A DNA stretch of 64,000 bases. It comes from Chiloscyllium plagiosum (lineage: Eukaryota). The stretch lies in NCBI RefSeq assembly GCF_004010195.1, contig NC_057718.1, forward strand, positions 7,329,563 through 7,393,562, read 5' to 3'. The translations under genes and the position numbers were made by a program. The notes below the pieces were generated by a model. That model did not search any database, was not told where the DNA came from, and saw nothing but the letters and a program-made list of their open reading frames with translations. Shown here in pieces: positions 13,185-25,787 of the stretch. The first letter of the stretch is position 1. The number at the start of each line of letters is the position of its first letter.

Positions 13185-14062
13185 AGAACAGAAGAACATA
13201 AGAACTAAGAGCAGGAGTAGGCCATCTGAACTGTTGAGCCCGCTCCGCCATTCAATATGGTCGTGGATGATCTTACTGTGGACTCACCTCCACTTACTCA
13301 TCTGCTCACCAACCCTTAATTCCTTTACTGTTCAAAAATCTATCTATCTTTGTCTTGAATACATTCAATGAGGTAGGCTCAACTGGGCAGGGAATTCCAC
13401 AGATTCACAACCCTTTGGGTGAAGAAGTTCCTCCTCAACTCAGTCCTAGGTCCTGAATGAAGCATTTCTGATGAAGGACTTATGCCCAAAAGGTCCTCGG
13501 ATGCTGCCTGATCTGCTGGGCTTTGCCAGCGCCACACGTTTGGACTCTGATCTCCAGCATCTGCAGTCCTCACTTCCTCTCAGTCTTGAATCTGCTCCCC
13601 CTTGTTTCGAGGCTATGCCCCTTTGTTCTAGTTTCACCCACCAGTGGAAACAACCTCCCTGCTTTGATCTTATCTATTCCTTTCATAATTTTATCTGTTT
13701 CTATAAGATCCCCACTCATTCTTCTCAATTCCAATGAATATAGTTCTAGTCTACTCAATCTCTCCTTATAAACCAACCCTCTCAACTCTGGAATCAACCT
13801 AGTGAATCTCCTCTGCACTCCCGCCAGTGCCAGGACATCCTTTCTCAAGTAAGGAGACCAAAACTGTGCACAGTACTCCAGGTGTGGCCTCACCAGTACC
13901 TTGTATATCTGCAACATAACCTCCCTGCTTTTAAACACCATCCCTCTAGCAATGAAGGCCAATATTCCATTTGCCTTCTTTATTACCTGCTGCACCCGCA
14001 AACCAACATTTTGTGTTTCACGCACAGGACGCCAAGGTCCCTCTGCACAGCAGCATGCTGCA
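13185..14062 (-). mobile_element. CR1 LINE 3' fragment with a PLE end inserted at about 13463-13578
   Basis: ORF 13570-14025 reads KKANGILAFIARG...LEYCAQFWSPYLRKD. The insert carries a degenerate CTGATGAAGGACTTATGCCCAAAA core. Confidence 0.9.
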
Positions 14063-14118
14063 ATAACTTCTGAATAAGGACCATTTAGGATTTAGATGGC
14101 CAGAAATTTCTTCAATGT

Positions 14119-15447
14119 AGACAAACAGGAGGCTGGGAGAACACAGCAAGCCAGGCATCATCAGGAGGTGGAGAAGTCAATGTTTCGGGTGTAACCCTTC
14201 TTCAGGACTGGGAGTGGGTGTAGGGGGGAGCTGCAGATAAAGGGGATGGTGGAGGCAGATGAAGTGGGGATAGATGAAGACAGGTAGAGGGTATGGTCTG
14301 GTTGGTCGATGGGAAGAATGAATCTGGTTGATGGCTGGGAGCAGTCGAAGAAAGGGAGCCAGGGGATGGGAAGGGAGGTTATTTGAAATTGGAGAACTCA
14401 ACATTGAGTCCTTCAGTCTGCAGTCTGCTCAGGTGGAAAATGAGGTGTTCCTCCTCCAATTTTGGCAATGGAGGAAGCTGAGGATAGTCATGTTAGAAAA
14501 GGAGTGGGAAGGGGAATTAAAATCAACGGTGACTGGGAGGTCCGGTCGGCCCCTGGGGGCCTGACTGAGATGCTCGGTGAACTGTTGTCTCAATTGACAT
14601 TTATTCTCCCTGATATAGAGAAGACCATATCAGAAGCACCTGATGAAGTGAACTAGGTTGGAAGAGAGGCAGGTGAGAGCTCTTCTCACCTGGGAGGGCT
14701 GTTTGGGACTCTGGATGGAGGTGAGGGGAGTGGTGTGCTGGCAGGTTTTGCTACTTTTCGGGTTGCAGGGGAAGGTACCTGGGGGTTCAGGGGGAAGAGT
14801 GGCACAAACCAAGGACTGTCAAAGGGAACGGTCCTTGTGGAAGGCAGAGACGGGTGGAGAGGGGAAGGTGTTCTTGGTGGTGGGGTCTAGTTGGAATTGG
14901 CAAAAGTTTTTTAAGGATGATGCATCAGATGTGGAGACTGGTGGGTTAGTTGGTGATGTCAAGGGATCCTCTGTCTTTATTGCATTTAGACGGGGGTTTT
15001 GAGCAATGGAACAGGGAATGGAGGTGCCGAGGTGGAAGGCTGACTGGATGACAGAGTGGGGAAAAGTGTGTTGTTCGAAATAGGTGGACATCTGGGATGC
15101 TTGGGAGTGGAATGTCTCCTCGTCCAAGCAGATGTGGCAGAAGTGGAGGAATTGGAAGAACAGGATGTAGTGCTTACAGGATATTGGGTGGGATGAGGTA
15201 TAGTCCAGGTAGTTATGGGAGTCTGTGGGTTTATAGTAAACATACGTCTGGAGACTGTCACTGGAGATGGAAATGGAGGGGTCAAGAAAGGGGAGGGAGG
15301 CGCCCAAGATGGGCCAAGTAAATTTGAGGGGGGGGGTGGAAGTTGTGGGCGAAGTCGATGAACTGCTCCAGTTCAGCCTGGGTGCAGCACGCTGCGCTGA
15401 TGCAGTCATCGATGTAATGGCGGAAGATTTGGGGAAGAGTACCTGTG
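14119..15447 (-). mobile_element. Penelope-like element (family B, probably Neptune-type): RT C-half, GIY-YIG and 3' hammerhead
   Basis: Minus translations FRHYIDDCI, LPFLD, YKPTDSHNYLDYTSSHP, a Cys-rich linker and CLSSNLVHFIRC; frameshifted. TSD CTTCAATGT at 14110-14118 and 15448-15456, inside an old CR1 tail. Confidence 0.9.
14175..14209 (-). ncRNA. Minimal type I hammerhead ribozyme motif
   Basis: Minus strand AGTC-CTGAAGA-A-GGGT TAC ACCC-GAAA-CATT-GACT: 4-bp helix I and 4-bp helix II. The helix III palindrome ACGT appears decayed to ACAT. Confidence 0.7.
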
Positions 15448-15824
15448 CTTCAATGTCAAATATGCGAATCTTTGAAATTCTTTGTCCTAGAGAGGTGCCA
15501 GATGCTGCTTATCCTCCTTCTTCAAACAGGATTTGTTGAAGCTTTGGATACGAAGAAAATTAGGGGCTATTGGGAGAGGACGAGGATGTGCAATTGAAGA
15601 GAGATGATCAGCCACAATTGCTTTGAACAGTGGGCCAGTCTACTCCTGTTTCTATTTCCTTGTTCTTATCACCTGTCCCGTTCCCAGATGGTGAAATCTG
15701 GGTAAAACAATGGAGGTCTCCAGCAAACCTGGTTCAAAAACTTATGGCTGTCTGGAATGGAGCTGCTGGTGATATTATGGGGTCATCTTGGAGGCCGAAC
15801 AGCCTGACAAAGAATAAAGATCAA

Positions 15825-16370
15825 CACAGCACATGAACAGGCCCTTCAGCCCACCAAAACTGCACCAACATATGACACCTTGCTAAAATAAAAAGCCTTT
15901 TGCCTCCATATGGTCCATATCCGTGTCTATTCAAGTATCTGTCAAGATGTTTCTTAAACATTGCTATTGTATCTGTTTCCACCACCACCTCCGCACATTT
16001 AGCCCCCACTGTATAAAAAAACTGGCTCTCATGTCTCTTTTAAACTTTCCCCTCCTTTACCTTAAACTTTAAACTCAAGTAATTGACATTTATACCCTGG
16101 GTAAAAGACTCTAGCTACCCATTCTATCCATGCCTCCCATAATTTTGTGAACTTCTTTCGGGCCGACCTCCTCAGCTTTCGATGTTCAAGTGAAAACAAA
16201 CCACATTTGTCCAATCTCACCTCAAAGTGAATGTCCACCAAACCAGGCAACATCCTGGGAAACCTATTCTGTACCCTTTCCAAAGCCTCCACATCATTCT
16301 GATAGTGTGGTAAACAGAACTGTACACAGTATTCCACATGTGGGCCTAACTGAAGTTCGATATAGCTGAG
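15825..16370 (-). mobile_element. CR1 LINE 3' fragment
   Basis: PHVEYCVQFCLPHYQNDVEALERVQNRFPRMLPG. Confidence 0.85.
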
Positions 16371-16389
16371 CGACAAGTGGAACGCTGTA

Positions 16390-16700
16390 ATTAGATTACT
16401 TACAGTGTGGAAACAGGCCCTTCGGCCTAATAAGCTCACACCCTCCAAAGAGGAACCCACCCAGACCCATTCCCCTACATTTACCCCTTCACCTAACACT
16501 ACGAGCAATTTAGCATAACCAATTCACCTAACTTGCACATCTTTGGACTGTGGGAGGAAACCGGAGCACTCAGAGGAAACCCACACAGACATGGGGAGAA
16601 TGTGCAAACTCCACACAGACAGTTGCCTGAGGCGGGATTTGAACCTGGGTCTCTGGCGGTGTGAGGCAGCAGTGCTAACCACTGAGCCACCGTGCCGTCC
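16390..16700 (-). mobile_element. HE1 SINE
   Basis: A and B boxes, V-domain and (attag)n tail. Confidence 0.88.
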
Positions 16701-16721
16701 CTCTATTTCCTGCTGATGAAG

Positions 16722-17052
16722 ATAGAATCCCTATAGAATCCCATTCAGCCCAACACACCCACACCAACCTTCCGAAGAGTATCAAACCCAGACCCATTCC
16801 CCTACCCTATCATGCCACATTTACCCCTGACTAGCCTACGTGACCCTGAACACTATGGACAATTTAGTATGGCCAGTTCACCTCATCCGCATATCTTTGG
16901 ATTGTGGGAGAAAACCGGAGCACCCAGAGGAAACCCAAGCAGACACAGGGTGAATGCGCTCTCTCCACACAGAGAGTCGCCCAGGCTGGAATTGAACCCG
17001 GGTCCCTGGCACTGTGAGACAGCATTGCTAATCACAGACCCAATGTGCCATC
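16722..17052 (-). mobile_element. HE1 SINE (older)
   Basis: Same layout, more diverged. Confidence 0.8.
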
Positions 17053-17114
17053 CTAGAACAGTATCAATTCACTGTCATAATTTTCTGCCCTGTACTCATG
17101 GCTAGCCAGGGATC

Positions 17115-17734
17115 TTTCAAGTGCAGCAGGCAGTGAAGAAGGCAAGTGGCATGTTAGCCTCCACAGCGAGAGATTTTGGGAACAGGACCTTGCTGCAATT
17201 GTATAGGGCCTTAGTGAAGCCATACCTAGAGTACTGTGTGCAGTCCTGGTCTCCTATTCCTGTTCTGGCGATGGAAATAGTGCAACAAATGTTCACCGAA
17301 CTGATTCCTGGGATGTATGATAAGATATACTGACATATGAAAAGAGATTGAATTGCTTAGGATTATATTCACTGGAGTTTCAAAGGATGAGTTGGGCGGT
17401 ATTCCATGGAAACCTACAAAATTCTAACAGGATTCAACAGGGTACATGTAGGAAGAATGTTCTCAATGACCAGGGGAGTCCAGTACCATAAGGATAGCTT
17501 AGGACTGAGATGAAGAGAAATTTCTTCAGCCTGTGTCACAGAAAGTGGTTGAGGCAAAAACATTAAATGCTTTTAAGGAGTTTAATACATATAGTTCTTA
17601 GGGCTAAAGGATCAAAGAGTATGGAAAGAAAGTAGGAACAGGGAACTGAGTTGGATGGGCAGCTGTGATCAGATTGAACAACAGAGCATGCTCGAAGGGC
17701 CGAATGGTCAAATCCTGCTCCTATTTTCGATGTG
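17115..17734 (+). mobile_element. CR1 LINE 3' fragment
   Basis: QQAVKKASGMLA...LEYCVQSWSP. Confidence 0.82.
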
Positions 17735-18059
17735 GAGAAAGTGAGGACTGCAGATGCTGGAGATCAGAGCTGAAAAATGTGTTGCTGGAAAAGCGCAGCA
17801 GGTCAGACAGCATCCAAGGAACAGGCGAATCGACGTTTCGAGCATAAGCCCTGAAGAAGGGCTTATGCGAAAGTGAGGACTGCAGATGCTGGAGATCAGA
17901 GCTGAAAAATGTGTTGCTGGAAAAGCGCAGCATCCAAGGAACAGGCGAATCGACGTTTCCAGCATAAGCCCTGAAGAAGAGCTTATGCCCAAAACGTCGA
18001 TTCTCCTGCTCCTTGGATGCTGCCTGACCTGCTGCGCTTTTCCAGCAACACATTTTTAA
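17735..18059. mobile_element. Tandem plus inverted multimer of PLE ends (family A)
   Basis: Two direct units and one inverted arm. Exact 15-bp TSD CCTATTTTCGATGTG at 17720-17734 and 18060-18074. Confidence 0.85.
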
Positions 18060-19074
18060 CCTATTTTCGATGTGTCTATGTAAGGAGTTCCCAAGATTAT
18101 GGGAGGCATGGATAGAATGGATAGCTGGAGTTTTTTTTTCCCCAGGGTAGAAATGTCAATTACTGAAGTTAAAGGTCTGTGTTATGGCTTATTATCAAGA
18201 TAGACCACGAAAGTGGCACACAGCCATTTTCTTGTGAATGACAATATTAAGGAGGATTTATATACTTTTCAGAACTTCCTGCACTCTATCTCACACTTTC
18301 CACAAGTTATGGTGAAGCAAAGGAGGTTACGGTGAAAGTGAATGGAGAGAGTCAACACTATGAAGGGTTTTGATAGGATTTAAGGAAAACTTATTTCCAC
18401 TTGTGGGAGGGCTGATAGCCAAAGACTGGAGATGGTTAGCAAACCAAAAGCTGGGGTGAGGGAGGTGCAGAGAGCTGAGGAGAATTGTTTAATGTATTGC
18501 CTGGAAAGACCGTGATGGCAGAGATTTAGTAACTTCAAGAGGGAATTAGGTAAACACTCAAAATAAAAGATTGTGGAGCCATTAAAGGCATGAAACTGAT
18601 TGGAGAGGTCTTTAAAAGAGCTCGCACAGGGTGGATAGGCAGAATGAGCTCTCCCAGTGCTGTTTGATTCTGCAGTCTTTATTTTGAGACAGATGTCCAC
18701 ATGAATACAAAACGATGAGGATTCTGTAGACCTCTGGTAAGATGGTGGTGAAGTCGGACATTCCAGGCGGAGTTCCTCTGCTCTGCCCATTCTTGTTCTT
18801 TATTCTCCTTCCTCTTTCCTCCCTTCTCTCCATCCTCTCGGCCTTGGACAGCCAGACCCAGTCTCCGAAGGGGGGTTAGCGGAGACACCAGTGGCTGGAG
18901 CAGGGACGCCAGTGATCAGTGGCCCAGTGCGGAGCATGGTAGCAGCCAGCGGTCAGACCACATTGAGGCCCCCTGCGCTGGTCTGCTGCAGAGAACCTTT
19001 GGAGAGAGACTGCGATGTTTGTCTTTTTAAATTTGCTTCTTATTTCTCTGACCTATGGTTATACTGTGTACAGT

Positions 19075-19269
19075 GTGTGGTACTGGAAAAGCACAGTAGG
19101 TGAGGCAGCTTCCGAGGAGCAGGAGAATCGACATTTCGAGCAAGGAAATCCTGATGAAGGCCTTATGCCCGAAACATCGATTCTCCTGCTCCTCGGATGC
19201 TGCCTGACCTGCTGTGCTTTTCCAGCATCACACTCTCAACTCTGATCTCCAGCGATCCTCACTTTCTCT
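19075..19269. mobile_element. Fold-back PLE-end insertion (family A)
   Basis: Inverted arms around CTGATGAAGGCCTTATGCCCGAAACATC. Exact 16-bp TSD TTATACTGTGTACAGT at 19059-19074 and 19270-19285. Confidence 0.85.
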
Positions 19270-19281
19270 TTATACTGTGTA

Positions 19282-19811
19282 CAGTCGGTTCTGATATAAC
19301 TCATGTTTCTTCATCACAAATTGGATTAAACGCGATTGAAGAATGTAGACCGTTATTTATAAAATGTGAACTTTCTTTACCTGTATTGGCTATAACGCGA
19401 TTCCGACCCCATTGGTTTAAATGGGGCAGCTATTGCACAGTTTTTTCAATTAGATTAGATTACATTACAGTGTGGAAACAGGCCCTTCGGCCCAACAAGT
19501 CCACACCGACCCGCCGAAGCGAAACCTACCCATACCCCTACATTTACCCTTTACCTAACACTATGGGCAATTTAGTATGGCCAATTCACCTGGCCCTGCA
19601 CATCTTTTGGACTATGGGAGAAAACCGGAGCACCCGGAGGAAACCCACGCAGACACGGAGAGAACGTGCAAACTCCACACAGTCAGTCGCCTGAGGCGGG
19701 ATTTGAACCCGGGTCTCTGGCGCTGTGAGGCAGCAGTGCTAACCACTGTGCCACCGTGCCGCCCACATTACGTGAGAACAGAATTATTGCATTGTATCAG
19801 AGCTGACTCTG
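19282..19811. mobile_element. Tc1/pogo-type MITE interrupted by an HE1 SINE
   Basis: TA-CAGTCGGTTCTGATATAA at the left end and a degenerate inverted copy ttgtatcagagctgactctg-TA at the right end. Confidence 0.55.
19449..19765 (-). mobile_element. HE1 SINE (young subfamily)
   Basis: Near-identical to 26801-27114; CpGs retained. Confidence 0.9.
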
Positions 19812-20481
19812 TAGCTGTAATGTAACCTCTTTTCGCCATTTCTCTATTCTGTGACTGAGGATTGTAACCTTGGTATTCTGTACCTAAGACAGCTCTGTGG
19901 ATGACAACTTCTACACATTTCACTGTTCTCATCGAGGTACGTGTGACAATAAAGCTAATTCAATTCAGTTCAGAAGGGGAAGCCTTCTGGCAGAACAATC
20001 CATCTCCTTTCTCTCTATCAACTGCTTTGACAGTTCATGAGAAGTGGATGCAGGAAGGAGGAAAGCAAAGGGTAAAATCTTGTACTTCCTCTAGCTTGCT
20101 GTACTGAGTGGCCTCAGTATGTTTTATCAACACTTCGGGTCCCCTGAGCCTGTTCTGTTTGGAAATTCCTAGGAATGTTTGGCAAAAGACGCACTGCGCA
20201 AAGTTGACTTTGGGAAGCCTCAGGATGAGCCAGGCTGAACAGAGCAGAGGCTTCCAGCAGTCAGTGCGCATTCTCAAGTCAGGACTTGGCACTGAGGAAC
20301 ATTCTTGTGCAAAACACACAACTTGGAGTTGAAACTCATCACATTGAAAACGAATCTTAAGCAGACAGATCAGAAATCGCCCCAGCACTCTGTGTCCTGA
20401 AGTTAATTGCTACTTGCCAGAAGATAACAAAGAACATTGATGACAACAAGAAGATGACAGTCTGTAAAAAGACTGTAAAAA

Positions 20482-21004
20482 CGTATTGTGTCCACTTCTG
20501 GGTGCCCTGTTATAGGAAGGATATTATCAAGCTGGAGAGGATTCAGAAAAGATTTACCGGGATGTTGCTGGGTCTGGAGGGTTTGTGATGAGGAGAGGCT
20601 GGACAGGCTGGGACTTTTTTCACTTGAGCATAGGTAGTTGAGGGGTGACCTTGTAGAGGTTTGTAAAATCATGAGGGATATAGATAAGGTGAAAGGCAGG
20701 TGGCAGATTTCCAGACGAGGGGGCATATTTTAAGGTGAGAGGAGAAAGATTAAAAAAAAAGACATTAGAGACATTTTTTTACACAGAGAGTGGGTCATCT
20801 CTGGAATCAACTTCCAGAGGAAGTGGTGGATGCTGGTACAATTACAACATTTAAAAGACATTTGGATAGGTACATGGAAAGGAAAGGTTTGGAGGGATAT
20901 AGACAAAGCACAGGTGGATGGGGCTAGTTCAGTTTGGGATTATGGTCGGCATTGACTGGTTGGACCGAAGGGTCTGTTTCCGTGCTCTATGGCTCAATGA
21001 CTCA
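20482..21004 (+). mobile_element. CR1 LINE 3' fragment
   Basis: ttctgggtgccctgttataggaaggatattatcaagctggagagg through to the 3' UTR. Confidence 0.85.
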
Positions 21005-21721
21005 TTTTGCCATGAAAAGAGGGAAAATCTCTGAAAGGTCCTGCTGTATTAGAACGTGTGATAAACAATACTTTCTTCATTCATAAAATACATTAAGCAT
21101 AGAATCCCTACAGTGTGGAAGCAGGCCATTTGGCCCATCAAGTCCATACCGAACTTTTGAAGAGATCCCACCCAGACCCACGTATCCCAAGGCCAATCCA
21201 CCTAACCTGCACATCTTTGAACCAGAGCTCCTGGAGGAAACCCATGCAGACACAGGGAGAATGTGCAAATTCCTGTGATCTTCACCTTGAACTGTCAAAA
21301 AGGATTCAAAAACCTGAAGGATGAAACATTTTCAGCTCAGTGGGGAAAGAGTCAGGCAATGGAACTAATTTTGTTGATATTTCGAAGAGCCAGTCTAGGC
21401 AGGATGGGCCAGATGGTTATCTGCTGAACTGCATCATTTGCAAAGAGGTGGATTATAACGAGGAGCCTTAAAGTAGGAGCATGGGGTTTAAGGAGGTAGC
21501 TGGGAGTCTAGGCAAATGGAGTTATGGTCACCAGTAATGCTGCAGGAGGTGGGCAATGTGCGGGGAAGAGGGTAATCACCCAGTCTAGCCTCGGGTATAA
21601 GTCATTTGTGCAATATGGGGGTGCATGGGTGATACGGCCCTCCACCATGCAAGGATCTGGGAAACTATGGTCACAGAAAGTGGGAGAACCCAAGGCTCCC
21701 CTCATGGCCAATATGCGGAAT

Positions 21722-22104
21722 GGGCAGCACGGTGGTTCAGTGGTTAACACTGCTGCCTCATAGCGCCAGGGACCTTGGTTAACACTGCTGCCTCATAGCG
21801 CCAGGGACCTGAGTTCGATTCCAGCCTCGGGTGACAGTCTGTGTGGAGTTTACACATTCTCCCCGTGTCTGTGTGGGTTTCTTCCCTGTGCTCCAGTTTC
21901 CTCCCACAATCCAAAGATGTGCAGGTCAGGTGAATTGGCCATGCTAAATTGCCCCATAGTGTTCAGGGATATGTAGGCGAGATGTAGTCAGGTGTAAACG
22001 TAGAGCAATAGGTTCAGGGAATGGGTCTGGGTGGATTACTCTTTGGTGAGTCAGTGTGGACTCATTGGGCTGAATGGCCTGTTTCTGCACTGTAGGGATT
22101 CTAT
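21722..22104 (+). mobile_element. HE1 SINE with an exact 35-bp duplication between the A and B boxes
   Basis: tggttaacactgctgcctcatagcgccagggacct at 21741-21775 and 21776-21810. Confidence 0.88.
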
Positions 22105-22289
22105 GGACTCTATGGGTAACTACTGACAAAGTTACTTGCTGTTCTGCCATCACAGAAGCAGTGCAGAAATTAACAAACAGGTGCTGTTTCAAGAACAGGA
22201 TGTGAGCCAACTCGACGACTGACGGTATGCTGACCTCACACCCCCACAGCCTGCCTAACAGTTTTCACCAATGTAAGTGTTTATGCTGA

Positions 22290-23120
22290 GCGGTAAACCT
22301 CCAGGCTAGTGCATCCAGCTGGGAGATGGGAATAACAACGTGGGAAGTGTGAGGTAATGCTCTTTGGTAGGAAGAAGACAGGCATGAGCTATTTTCTAAA
22401 TAGGGGAAGGCTTCAGAAAATTGAGGCACAAAGGGGCTTGGCAGCACAGGTTGAGAATTCTCTTCAGGTTAACAGGCAGGTTCAGTCAGCAGTTAGGAAA
22501 GCAACTGCAATGTTAGCATTTATTTAATTCAATTCAAGAGCAGAAATGTACTGCTGAGGCTGTACAAAGCTCTGGTCAGACTGCAGTTGATATATTGTGA
22601 GCAGTTTTTGGGTCCCACATCTATTGATGTACTGGCATTGGAGAGAATCCAGAGGAAGTTTCCAAGAATGATCCCAGGGATGAAGGGCTTGTCATATGAA
22701 GAGTGGTTGAGGACCCAATGAAGTTTAGTCGGATGAAGAGGGAGATCATTGAAGCTTACAGAATATTGAGAGGCCTGGATAGAGTAGACATGGAGAAGAT
22801 GTTTCCATTAATAGGAGAGACTCGGAATCAAAGGCATAACCCTAGAGTGAAGGGACATCCCTTTAGAACTGAGATGAGGAGGAATTTCTTTAGCCAGAAG
22901 ATGGTGAATCTGTGGAACCCATTGCTGCAGAAGGCTGTGGATGCTAAGACTCTGAATATATTTAAGACAGATAGATAGGTTCTTGAGTGGTAAGGGGATC
23001 AAAGGTTACGGGCAGAAGGCAGGGAAATGAGGTTAAGAAACTATCAGCCATGAGCCATGGTGAAGCAGACATGATGGGCTGAATGGCCTAAATCTGCTCT
23101 TATATCTTATGGTCTTATGG
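22290..23120 (+). mobile_element. CR1 LINE 3' fragment
   Basis: RTEMRRNFFSQKMVNLWNPL; tcttatggtcttatg tail. Confidence 0.85.
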
Positions 23121-23129
23121 AAACACACG

Positions 23130-24780
23130 GTCAGGCAACATTCCTTTGTGCATGGGAAATCATGTCTCGTGAACTTTTAGATTAGGTTCCCTACAGTATT
23201 GAAACAGGCCCTTCGACCCAACAAGTCCACACCGACCCTCTGAAGAGTAACCCACCCAGACCCATTCCCCTATATTTACCCCTGACTAATACACCTACCA
23301 CAATGGGTAAATTAGCGTGGCCAATTCACCTAACCTGCATATCTTTGGATTGTGGGAGCAAACTGGAGCACCCGGAGGAAACCCACGCAGACACGGGGAG
23401 ATGTGCAAACTCCACACAAACAGTCACCCGGGGCAGGAATCGAACCTGGGTCCCTACTGCTGTGAGGCAGCAGTGCTAACCACTGAAGAAGTGACAAAGA
23501 AGACTAGTGAAGGCAGAGCGGTGGACATTAACTACATGGACTTCAGCAAGGGGATTGACAAGATTCCTCATGGTAGACTGATTAGCAATGTTAGATCACA
23601 TGGAGAGCTAGCCACTTGAATACAAAATTGGCTTGAAGGTAGAAGATAGAGGGTGGTGATGGAGGGTTGCTTTTCAGTCTGGAGGCCTGTGACCAGCAGT
23701 GTGCCACAAGGATTGGTGCAGGGTCCATTGCTTTTTGTCATTTATATAAATGATTTGTATGTGAACATAGGGGATATAGCTAGTAAGTTTGCAGATGACA
23801 CCAAAATTGAAGATGTAGTGGACAGTAAAGAAGGTTACCTCAGAGTGCAATGGGATCTTGATCAGATAGGCTAATGGGCTGAGGAGTGGCAGGTGTAGTT
23901 TAATTTAGATAAATGTGAGTTGCTGCATTTTGGAAAGGCAAATCAGGGTAGGACTTGCATACTTAATAGTAAGTTCCTGAGGAATGCTGTCGAATAAAGA
24001 GACCTTGGAGTGCAGGTTCATAGTTCCTTGAAAGTGGAGTCACAGGTAGTCACAGGGCAGTGAAGAAGGCATTTGGTACACTTGCCTTTGTTGGTCAGGG
24101 CATTGATTATAAGAGTTGGAAGGTCATACTGTGCCCCTGCTGGACATTGGTTTGGAGAAAGTGAGGATTGCAGATGCTGGAGAGTCAGAGGCGAAAAGTG
24201 TGGCATGGGAAAAGCACAGCGGGTCAGGCAGCATCCGAGGAGCAGGAAAGTTGATATTGGTTAGGAATTGGTTAGTATTTAATTTTGGAATACTGCATTC
24301 AGTTCTGGTCTCCTTGCTACAGGAAAGATGTTGTTAAACCTGAAAGTGTTTACAAGAATGTTGCCAGGGTTGGAAAGTTGGAGCTATTGGGAGAGACTGA
24401 TTGGCTGGGGCTTTTCTCCCTGGAGTGTAGGAGGCTATGGGCTGATCTTATAGAGGTTTATAAAATCATGAGTGGCATGGATAGGGTGAATAGTCAAGGT
24501 CTGGGGTACAGGGTAACGATTTAAAAGGGACTGAAGAGGCAACTTTTTCCTGCAGAGGATGGTGTGTGTATGGAATGAGCTGCCAGAGGAAATGGTGCAG
24601 GCTGGTACAATTACAACATTTAAAATGCATCTGGATGGGTATATGAATTGATAGGGTTTAGAAGGATATGGGCCAAGTGCTGGCAAATGGGACTAGATTA
24701 ATTTCAGCTATCTGGTCGGCCTGAACGAGTTGGACTGAAGGGTCTGTTTCTGTGCTGTTCACCTCTCTGACTGTCTGAGT
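23130..24780 (+). mobile_element. CR1 LINE RT fragment with a nested HE1 SINE (about 23177-23484, minus) and a PLE end (about 24153-24258)
   Basis: YMDFSKG, VPQGLVQGPLLFVIYINDL, KFADDTKI and EYCIQFWSPCY. Confidence 0.9.
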
Positions 24781-25274
24781 CTATACTCCTTTTTATTCAA
24801 TACTGTCTGAAACCGTGTCAATCTCAGTGTGGGCTCAGAGCAAACACTGAAAGACCAGAGCGCACGACAGAACAAGTAACAGCCTTTCACAATGAGGATA
24901 AATTTGTCTTTGACATTCGGCACAGCATAATCGGAACATATTTATGCGACAGGAACTGGAATGAATTCCCCCGAGTTCAGCGTTTCAGGGCTGACAGATC
25001 AGCAAAAGTGATGGGACAATTGTCAGCTTGTCACGTCTGTTCTGTGTAATGTGCACTTCCTGTGAAACTGGGTCAAACAGCAGCTGGGTGGGAGACTATC
25101 ACTGCAAACTGGCTTAGCCACGCTGCACTGTAAGAATTCCCAGAAAAAGAACAGAAGCAGAATTGTGTCCACAGCACGGCTGACCTGAAGCAGCACTCTT
25201 TGAGGGATGTAAGCATTGACAGACATTACAACTGTAAAGGGCTTCAGCAATCAGCAATGACAATTCGGTCGATA

Positions 25275-25787
25275 GAACAATAGATGCTGGAAAGTTGAAA
25301 CAGAAATTGATGGAGAAACTCAGCAGGTCAGGCAGCAACTGTGGCGAGAGAAACAGAGTTATGACTTGGAGATGCCGGTGTTGGACTGGGGTGTAAAAAG
25401 TTAAAAATCACACAACACCAGGTTATACTCAACTAGGCAAACGTGAGGACTGCAGATGCTGGAGGTTAGAGTCTAGATTAGAGTGGTGCTGGAAAAGCAC
25501 AGCAGGTCAGGCAGCATCCGAGGAGCAGGAAAATCGACATTTCAGGCAGGAGCCCTTCATCAGGAATCATTCGTGATGAAGGGCTCCTGCCCGAAACATC
25601 AGTTTTCCTGCTCCTCGGATGCTGCCTGACCCGCTGTGCCTTTCCAGCACCACTCTAATCTTAACACCAGGTATAGTCCAACAGATTTATTTGGAAGCAC
25701 TAGCTTTCAGAACGCTGCTCCTTGTTGTGTGATTTTTAACCTTGAAACAGAGTTAATGTTCCAAGTCCAGTGACCCTTCATCAGAGC
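25275..25787. mobile_element. Three PLE-end families nested in each other; innermost is a fold-back at about 25436-25662
   Basis: A family D end (gaaactcagcaggtc...gtgacccttcatcag) is interrupted by a family C end (ggtgttggactggggtg...agctttcagaacgctgctcc), which is interrupted by a family A fold-back. aacaccagg(t)tata is repeated on both sides of the fold-back. Confidence 0.75.
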
